Shown: in pieces, positions 1 to 5,392 of the stretch
Numbering within the stretch: position 1 is the first letter of the stretch
How the letters are laid out: each line of letters opens with the position of its first letter
Origin: Armatimonadota bacterium
GTDB lineage: Bacteria > Armatimonadota > UBA10988
Length of the DNA: 11,762 bases
NCBI GenBank assembly: GCA_016235455.1
Contig: JACRKZ010000161.1
Coordinates: 1-11,762 of the forward strand
Direction of reading: 5' to 3'
Translations under genes and position numbers: made by a program
Notes under the pieces: model-generated
Told to the model about the DNA's origin: nothing
What the model saw: only the letters and a program-made list of their open reading frames with translations
Database searches by the model: none

Positions 1-344
1 GTGATGATGTATGGACCGGAGCCAGGAATGCCGAACTCGATGGTGTCCAGCCCGGCCGAGGTGTTGGCCGAGACGAGGGCATCGCGCAGTGAACCCACCC
101 CGCTATCGGCCGTCGTGGTGACCGTGTAGACCGCCGCCCGGCCCGTGCGCGCTCGCCCCTGGGCCGTACTCAGCACCACCGGCTGGGCCACCCGAAGCGT
201 GGCCGGCGCGGGGCTCGACGAGCGCCTCGCCAACATCCAGTGGGGGGCCGCCTCGCGTTGGTCGCCGGCGACGACGCCAACCAGCACGGCCAGCAGCACC
301 GCCGCCCCAACCGACAGACCGCGAAACTTGGCTCGTGCACGCAT
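1..344 (-). CDS. Secreted/surface protein with CSLREA-like (VTTTADSGxGSLRxA) N-terminal motif, probably a beta-helix/adhesin-type protein; 5' part only, runs off the left edge
   Basis: Not in the ORF track. ATG at 344-342 is preceded by GGGAGG, and the frame stays open to position 3. Manual translation gives MRARAKFRGLSVGAAVLLAVLVGVVAG (basic n-region plus hydrophobic h-region) ... AVYTVTTTADSGVGSLRDALVSANTSAGLDTIEFGIPGSGPYII, the typical start of CSLREA/parallel beta-helix surface proteins. Confidence 0.85.
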   Translation of the reverse strand, partial: MRARAKFRGLSVGAAVLLAVLVGVVAGDQREAAPHWMLARRSSSPAPATLRVAQPVVLSTAQGRARTGRAAVYTVTTTADSGVGSLRDALVSANTSAGLDTIEFGIPGSGPYII

Positions 345-368
345 GAACAGCCTCCCTGCCCTGCTTCG

Positions 369-377
369 ATCGTACCA
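369..377 (-). promoter_or_regulatory. Candidate extended -10 promoter (TGG-TACGAT) for the left-edge gene
   Basis: The minus strand reads gcgTGgTACGATcgaagcagggcaGGGAGG in the 38-bp gap between the GxGYxYP stop and ATG 344. No good -35 element. Confidence 0.35.
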
Positions 378-382
378 CGCAC

Positions 383-2080
383 CTACCGGTGCCGCGAGGC
401 CAGCAGTCTGGTCGCCAGCTCCTCGGGGCCAACAACACGGATCGCCGGGTCCAACTGCTCCGCGCACCACAGGGCTGGCCGATAGCCGCGGTCACCGCTG
501 TCCTCGCGCCGTTCCTGCGGCTCGTCCCGCCAGAACGGCGACCAGGCATGCACCACGACCCAGGCGAAGCGATCCTCGCTCTTGGTAATCGGCTGGCGCG
601 CCCAGACATTCAAGTGCTGCGCCACCTTATTAGGGGATCCGGCCCGCCCGTAGTTGCCGCGATGGGCCCACAACTCACCACGCGCCGAGATCACCGGCAA
701 CTCGCCGCCATCGGGCCGCTTGACCCACAGCACTTCGCCGCCGCCAGCCGAGTACGGCGCATACTGCATCGCCCACACCGCACGCAACGTCGGCATCTCG
801 GCGGCGTAGGCGGCATACGCGGCCCGTGATGCCTCGTTGTCCCAGTCCATGCCGATCAGCGCCATGGTGGAGATGCCCAGCCGCGACAGGCACGGGTCGA
901 GCCGCCGGGCATGGTTGGCCACCGCCTGCGCGGCGGAGCGCGCATCGCCGCGTGCGCTGCCGAACTGGTCGGGGTAGTAGTAGCCGCCGGCGCCGTACAG
1001 CACGAACTGGTCGTTGGCCTTCTTCGTTTCGGCCACATAGTCCAGCGCCATGGGGCAGAGCTGTGCCAGATCGACCGCCGGCAGGCCCCAGCCGAACGGC
1101 ATCTGCCCGCGCTCGGGCACGGCCCAGTAGTCGCGGTGGTGCAGGTAGTTGCCCATGGCCCACTGCACGTTGTCGCCATCGGACAGGATGAAGCTAACGT
1201 AGCGCTGGGCCGGCTCATCGGGCAGCTTGGCCGGCGGCGGCTCGTTGAGCCGGGGCAGCTCGCCGGCCAGGCCACTCGCGCCGCAGCTCGTGGCCGGCAG
1301 GTTCCAGCACCAGTTGGTGGCGGTGATGAACAGACCGTTGCGGCTGGCCGCCCCAGTGAAGGTGTCTTCGCCCCCAAAGCCCCAGCCCAGCACCGGGGAG
1401 CCGGTGGTCACGCGGGCCGCGGCTTGCGCCATCAGGGCGCCGCCGTGCACGGTCCAGGCGCCCATGGCCACGGCCGCGTCGCGCATGATAGGCGTGCGTG
1501 GGTCCTGCAGGCCAAGCACCTCGCGCGACAGCTTGTCGCCCCAGCCGGCCAGCAGCCAGGCGTCGTCGCGGCCACGCGTGTCGGCCAGACACGGCAGCCC
1601 GAGCCCATCAGCACGCTTGGCCAGTTCGGGGCTCAGCGCCACGGCCCGCAGCGGCGCACAAAGCGACGTGGCCAGGTTCAGCGAATCATCGGCGGGCGTG
1701 CCTTCGTACACCCGGCGTTCGCCGCCCTCGGGCTGGTACAACACATAGCCCTTGACCACGCCGCGGCCGCGCAGGTGGTCGAGCAGCTCCCACGGGCCCA
1801 GCGCGTGTTCGTCGACGCGCAGCCGCAGCCGCGCCAGCAGGCGCCTTTTCCACTCGCCGTAACTGGGGCTGCCGGCCAGATCAATCCACACCAACTCGCC
1901 CTGGCCGCTCTCGCGCGCGGCGGCCGCGGCCACGCCACTGAGCGTCTGACCGAGCACCTGCTCGTCGAACCCGTGACAGGCGGCCCAGTCCAGCACGGCC
2001 AGCCCGCTCGGAGCGGGGAACGCCGGCCAGAGGCGGCCTGCGTCGGGTGCGCAAAGCGTCAGAGCCAGGGCCATCAACAC
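383..2080 (-). CDS. GxGYxYP-family putative glycoside hydrolase (565 aa)
   Basis: Family hallmark motifs: VKGYVLY (~1737-1757), FILSDGDNVQW (~1161-1193), RGQMPFGW, GAGGYYYP (~971-994) and C-terminal VVVHAWS. GTG start with GGAGAG upstream; short hydrophobic N-terminus; GC-rich third codon positions. Confidence 0.88.
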   Translation of the reverse strand: MLMALALTLCAPDAGRLWPAFPAPSGLAVLDWAACHGFDEQVLGQTLSGVAAAAARESGQGELVWIDLAGSPSYGEWKRRLLARLRLRVDEHALGPWELLDHLRGRGVVKGYVLYQPEGGERRVYEGTPADDSLNLATSLCAPLRAVALSPELAKRADGLGLPCLADTRGRDDAWLLAGWGDKLSREVLGLQDPRTPIMRDAAVAMGAWTVHGGALMAQAAARVTTGSPVLGWGFGGEDTFTGAASRNGLFITATNWCWNLPATSCGASGLAGELPRLNEPPPAKLPDEPAQRYVSFILSDGDNVQWAMGNYLHHRDYWAVPERGQMPFGWGLPAVDLAQLCPMALDYVAETKKANDQFVLYGAGGYYYPDQFGSARGDARSAAQAVANHARRLDPCLSRLGISTMALIGMDWDNEASRAAYAAYAAEMPTLRAVWAMQYAPYSAGGGEVLWVKRPDGGELPVISARGELWAHRGNYGRAGSPNKVAQHLNVWARQPITKSEDRFAWVVVHAWSPFWRDEPQERREDSGDRGYRPALWCAEQLDPAIRVVGPEELATRLLASRHR

Positions 2081-2123
2081 GTGGACTCTCCCGGCCGGGC
2101 GTTCGCCGCTGGACGGGTGACTC

Positions 2124-3137
2124 CTACTCGCTCACACGGCCGTCGATGGCCCACAGACCGGCGACCTCACCGACGCGCGTGCCCGACAACGCCACGACGG
2201 TCCGGGCGTCGCGCAGCCAGAGCGAGTTCCAGTAGCCGCGCACACCGGCGTCGAGCGCGAACGGCCGGCTGGCGGCGCCGAACGCACGACCCGTGGCATC
2301 GCTCAGCCACACCGCCATCTGCGCCTGCGCCAAGCCGTCGGCGCTCTGACACGAGACGACCAGGCGGCCGTCTGGCAGACCGACGACATACGGTGCGCCG
2401 GCATAGACGTCCGGCGCCAGCCCTGGTGCCACGGGCCAACGGTCGCCGTTCGCCGGGTCGACCAGCATCGGTTTGAAGGCCCCGCGGTAGCCGTTGTCCT
2501 CGATGGCCAGCCAGAGCGCGCCGTCGGGCCTGAGCACCGGCACGGGCATGCCGTCGCGATGGCCCGGCCGGAAGCTGACCCGCCGCGGCGCCGACCAGGT
2601 GCGGCCGTCGTCCGTGCTGGCCACCTCGCTGATCTCCTGCTCCGCGGACGTACGGTAGGGCGCTTCGTTGGCGAAGAACAAGCGGATCGTGCCGTCCGCG
2701 CAGCGCACCGCGGCCGGCTCCCAGCAGCCCTCCTCGAACCGGGTGCCGGCGGCGAAGACCAGCGTCGAGTCCGACCACGACCGCCCGCCGTCGCCGCTGG
2801 CGCAAGCGCGGATGGTGAACGGATGCTCACCGTCGCGTGGCCGCTCGTTGTAGAACAGCAGCACTCGCCCACCGCCGAGCGGCAGGAGTTCGGGGTTGGC
2901 CGCGGCACCGTGCGCGCACAGCGCGGCGGGCACCGGCGCGGCGAAGGTGCGGCCATCGTCGTCGCTGCGCCGCGTGTAGCAGCGGCCGCGCATCTCGAAG
3001 CAACACAGCACGCCGGAATCGGCCAGCCGCGTCAGGCGGCCATACGTGGCGCCGGCCTGCACGCAGCGCAGCGTAGCCTGGTCCCAGGTGATGCCCGGGT
3101 CGGCACCCAGCACGCAAGCCAGGAGTGCCATAGCCAT
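2124..3137 (-). CDS. BNR/Asp-box beta-propeller glycosidase ('sialidase-family' fold, GH93-like motifs), ~337 aa
   Basis: Four Asp-box-like repeats: SDDDGRTF, SGDGGRSW, STDDGRTW, SDATGRAF. Additional motifs YGRL, GCWEP, RDGMP...LAIED and GAPY. The true start is ATG 3137 (or GTG 3140), overlapping the upstream TGA (GTGATG) and followed by hydrophobic MAMALLACVLGA. The ORF-track extension to 3389 lies inside the upstream gene. Confidence 0.85.
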   Translation of the reverse strand: MAMALLACVLGADPGITWDQATLRCVQAGATYGRLTRLADSGVLCCFEMRGRCYTRRSDDDGRTFAAPVPAALCAHGAAANPELLPLGGGRVLLFYNERPRDGEHPFTIRACASGDGGRSWSDSTLVFAAGTRFEEGCWEPAAVRCADGTIRLFFANEAPYRTSAEQEISEVASTDDGRTWSAPRRVSFRPGHRDGMPVPVLRPDGALWLAIEDNGYRGAFKPMLVDPANGDRWPVAPGLAPDVYAGAPYVVGLPDGRLVVSCQSADGLAQAQMAVWLSDATGRAFGAASRPFALDAGVRGYWNSLWLRDARTVVALSGTRVGEVAGLWAIDGRVSE

Positions 3138-5149
3138 CACGGCTGATGCGCCCCGATCGCCGGCGCGCCGTCGGCCGGCACGCTGCCGCCCCACAGGTCG
3201 CGCCCGCCGTTGCGCTCGACCTTCAGCCCCGCGGCGGCACAGGGCGAGCCGGGCAGCAGTCGGTACCCGCCCAGGCTGTCGAAGCCGGCGCCGCCCGCGC
3301 CGGCCGCCCGCAGCCGGGGGTCGCTGCGCAGGTTGCCCTCGCCGTCGGGCACGCTGGCGAAGGTGCCGAAGAAGACATTGTGGCTCCACGCGGTCTGGCG
3401 CATACCGCCCAGATCGAAGCTCGTCTCACCCTCGACAAAGAAGATGTTGTTGGTAAAGCGCGTGTCCTCGGGCCAGTCGCCGCCCCAGTTGCCGGCCTTG
3501 AGCAACGGCACCTTGCGGCCCTTGGCCAGGTAGACCACGTTGTTGTAGATGGCGGTGTCGCGCAGCGGGCCACTCAGGTGGAAGATGCGCTCCCCGTCGT
3601 TCTGGCTGACGTTGTAGCGCACTACCGTGCCTTGGCAGCCGATGTTGGCCGGCATCTTCGAGCCGCCGTTGTTGCAGATCAGCAGGAAGCCGCCCTCGTT
3701 GTCGTGACTGTAGTTGTACTGAATGACCGTGTTCCGGCAGTTCCAGTCGCTGTCGAAGCCCTGGCCGTCGTTGGTGCCCTTCATGCCCGAGACCTCGTTG
3801 AACTGGATGACGGTGTTGTCGCAACTCCACGGCCAGATGCCGGCCGCGGCGTCGGTCGCCCGTTGGCGGCCGCCGCGCAGCGTGTTGCGCTCCACCAGCG
3901 CGCCATCGCAGCCGATGGGCACGATGCCGTCGCCGCCCAGGTCCTCGAGCAGATTGCCGCGGATGACCACGCCCAGGTTCGGGTGCCAGTCGTCGCGCTG
4001 CCAGTGGCCGTACATGGTGATGCCGTTGCGATCGCAGCGGGCCAGGTGGCAGTCCCGAACCTCCAGCCCGACGTAGCGTGACTTGGGGCCGGCCTTCGTG
4101 TCGGAGCGACCGATGTGGATCCCGGCGCCGCCGCCGTCGTCCTTGACGTTGCTGCCGTTGACATCGGTCACGTCGAGCCGCTCGAGCACGATGTCGTGAG
4201 CATCGCCGAAGTCGTTGAGCACCACATGCACGCCGGTGCGGTTGGGGTGAGGTCGCGCGCCCTGGTTGCCGATGGCCAGGCCACTGACCGTCAGGTACTC
4301 GGTGTTCCGCAGATAGAGCGTGGCCTGCCACCGGCCCTGGCAATCGATGCGCGGCCTGGCTCCCAGGCCGTAGCTGTCGAGGATGATGGGCGCGTCCTTG
4401 GCGCCCCGGCCGCCGGGCGACAGGTAGTCGGCCCAGGTGCCTCCCGCGCGCAGGCGGATGCGGTCGCCCGGGGCAAACGTGCCGCTGTTGACCCGCGTCA
4501 GCGTTTTCCAGGCCGTAGCCTCGCTGCGGCCGTCTCGCTGGTCATCGCCCGCCGCCGAGTCCACGTAGTAGGTGGTTCGGCCGGGCGACGTCCAGGTGCG
4601 CTCGGGCTTGGGCATGGTCAGGTCGGGCACCCGCTCCGCAGGGTCGGTCTCGAGCGTCAGGTTGTCGATGGCCACGGCGCCCCGGTTCTTGATGCCCAGC
4701 ACCAGCCGCCAGTCGGCCGCGCCACCGGTCCACAGGGTCATGGTCAGGCGTCCTCGGTCGCCGGCCTTGCCGGCCAGCGTCCACCAGCCGCGGGTGGCAC
4801 CGCCCTGCCGGCGGAACAGGGCGTAAGCTTCCGCGCCCTCGGCCAGGGCGATGATGTGGTAGTCAAGTGTCAGCCGATAGGCCTCGCGCGCGGCCAGCAG
4901 GCCGACCTTGGACTGCAGGTACTCGTTCCACTGCCCGCCGCCCGCGCGTGAATCGCCCACCAGCGCGAAGCCCCCGCCGGGCTGCGCGACGGGTTTGAGA
5001 CCGTCGGCCAGCGCCGCCGTGGCGGCCGCATCCTCAAAGCCGAGCCGCAGCACGGTCTGGGCCGGCTCTGCCGCGCAGGCCGCCACGACCGTCAATAGGC
5101 CGACGCACATCAGACTCGCCCAGCCGCCCATGCTCCGCATCTCCATCAC
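3137..5149 (-). CDS. Secreted right-handed parallel beta-helix glycoside hydrolase, GH136 (lacto-N-biosidase)-like, with an N-terminal beta-sandwich/CBM-like module
   Basis: Signal peptide (..LMCVGLLTVVAACAA-E). YYVDSAAGDDQRDGRSEATAWKTL is a typical beta-helix start, followed by Asn-ladder repeats (VIRGN, LVERN, VIQFN, VIQYN, VVRYN, IYNN). Also GDGIVP, AGIWPW and DGQGFDSDWNCRNTVIQYNYSHDN (3746-3769 for DGQGFDSD). Start is uncertain: GTG 5149 or ATG 5146, 5140 or 5131. Confidence 0.85.
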   Translation of the reverse strand: MMEMRSMGGWASLMCVGLLTVVAACAAEPAQTVLRLGFEDAAATAALADGLKPVAQPGGGFALVGDSRAGGGQWNEYLQSKVGLLAAREAYRLTLDYHIIALAEGAEAYALFRRQGGATRGWWTLAGKAGDRGRLTMTLWTGGAADWRLVLGIKNRGAVAIDNLTLETDPAERVPDLTMPKPERTWTSPGRTTYYVDSAAGDDQRDGRSEATAWKTLTRVNSGTFAPGDRIRLRAGGTWADYLSPGGRGAKDAPIILDSYGLGARPRIDCQGRWQATLYLRNTEYLTVSGLAIGNQGARPHPNRTGVHVVLNDFGDAHDIVLERLDVTDVNGSNVKDDGGGAGIHIGRSDTKAGPKSRYVGLEVRDCHLARCDRNGITMYGHWQRDDWHPNLGVVIRGNLLEDLGGDGIVPIGCDGALVERNTLRGGRQRATDAAAGIWPWSCDNTVIQFNEVSGMKGTNDGQGFDSDWNCRNTVIQYNYSHDNEGGFLLICNNGGSKMPANIGCQGTVVRYNVSQNDGERIFHLSGPLRDTAIYNNVVYLAKGRKVPLLKAGNWGGDWPEDTRFTNNIFFVEGETSFDLGGMRQTAWSHNVFFGTFASVPDGEGNLRSDPRLRAAGAGGAGFDSLGGYRLLPGSPCAAAGLKVERNGGRDLWGGSVPADGAPAIGAHQP

Positions 5150-5155
5150 CTACAC

Positions 5156-5184
5156 AGACTAGCAGAAGCCACGACCGCGCTCAA
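5156..5184 (-). promoter_or_regulatory. Candidate sigma70-type promoter for the minus-strand operon: TTGAGC-N17-TAGTCT with extended TG
   Basis: The minus strand reads TTGAGC (5184-5179), gcggtcgtggcttcTGc (17 nt), TAGTCT (5161-5156), then gtgtag and GTG at 5149. Confidence 0.6.
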
Positions 5185-5289
5185 CGAATCGATCCCGCTG
5201 CCCACGCCGGGCGCCTTTCGTACCCCGCGCCTGGGCCGCGGCTCGCAGGCCGACCAAACCACCGGCTAACCATCGTGGCACAAACCCGC

Positions 5290-5295
5290 TATAAT
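5290..5295 (+). promoter_or_regulatory. Candidate -10 element (perfect TATAAT) for the radical SAM gene
   Basis: Exact TATAAT in a GC-rich background, inside the divergent intergenic region and ~97 nt upstream of the TTG start. No recognisable -35 at 17 bp (taacca). Confidence 0.5.
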
Positions 5296-5392
5296 GTGAG
5301 ACAGAACCCATGGCAGTAGTACCTCGCGCGTCGACGAGCCGATCCTCTGGTCCACTTGTTCCACCCGCTGATGCTCTGGGCCGGAGATTGCG

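Noticed and set aside
911-2476. 521-aa plus-strand ORF, and similar ORFs at 3146-4081 and 4115-4951
   Set aside because: These lie antisense to genes with clear family motifs and are typical high-GC shadow frames.
3141-3389. N-terminal extension of the BNR ORF
   Set aside because: It lies within the beta-helix gene in another frame. The coupled start at 3137/3140 with a hydrophobic N-terminus is far more plausible.
5276-5290. Possible sigma54 promoter (TGGCAC...GC)
   Set aside because: Only 9 nt separate GG and GC instead of the required 10, and there is no TT before GC.
5296-5392. Cobalamin or SAM riboswitch in the radical SAM leader
   Set aside because: The leader is only ~90 nt and shows no B12-box or SAM-I core motifs by eye. 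An Infernal/Rfam scan would be decisive.
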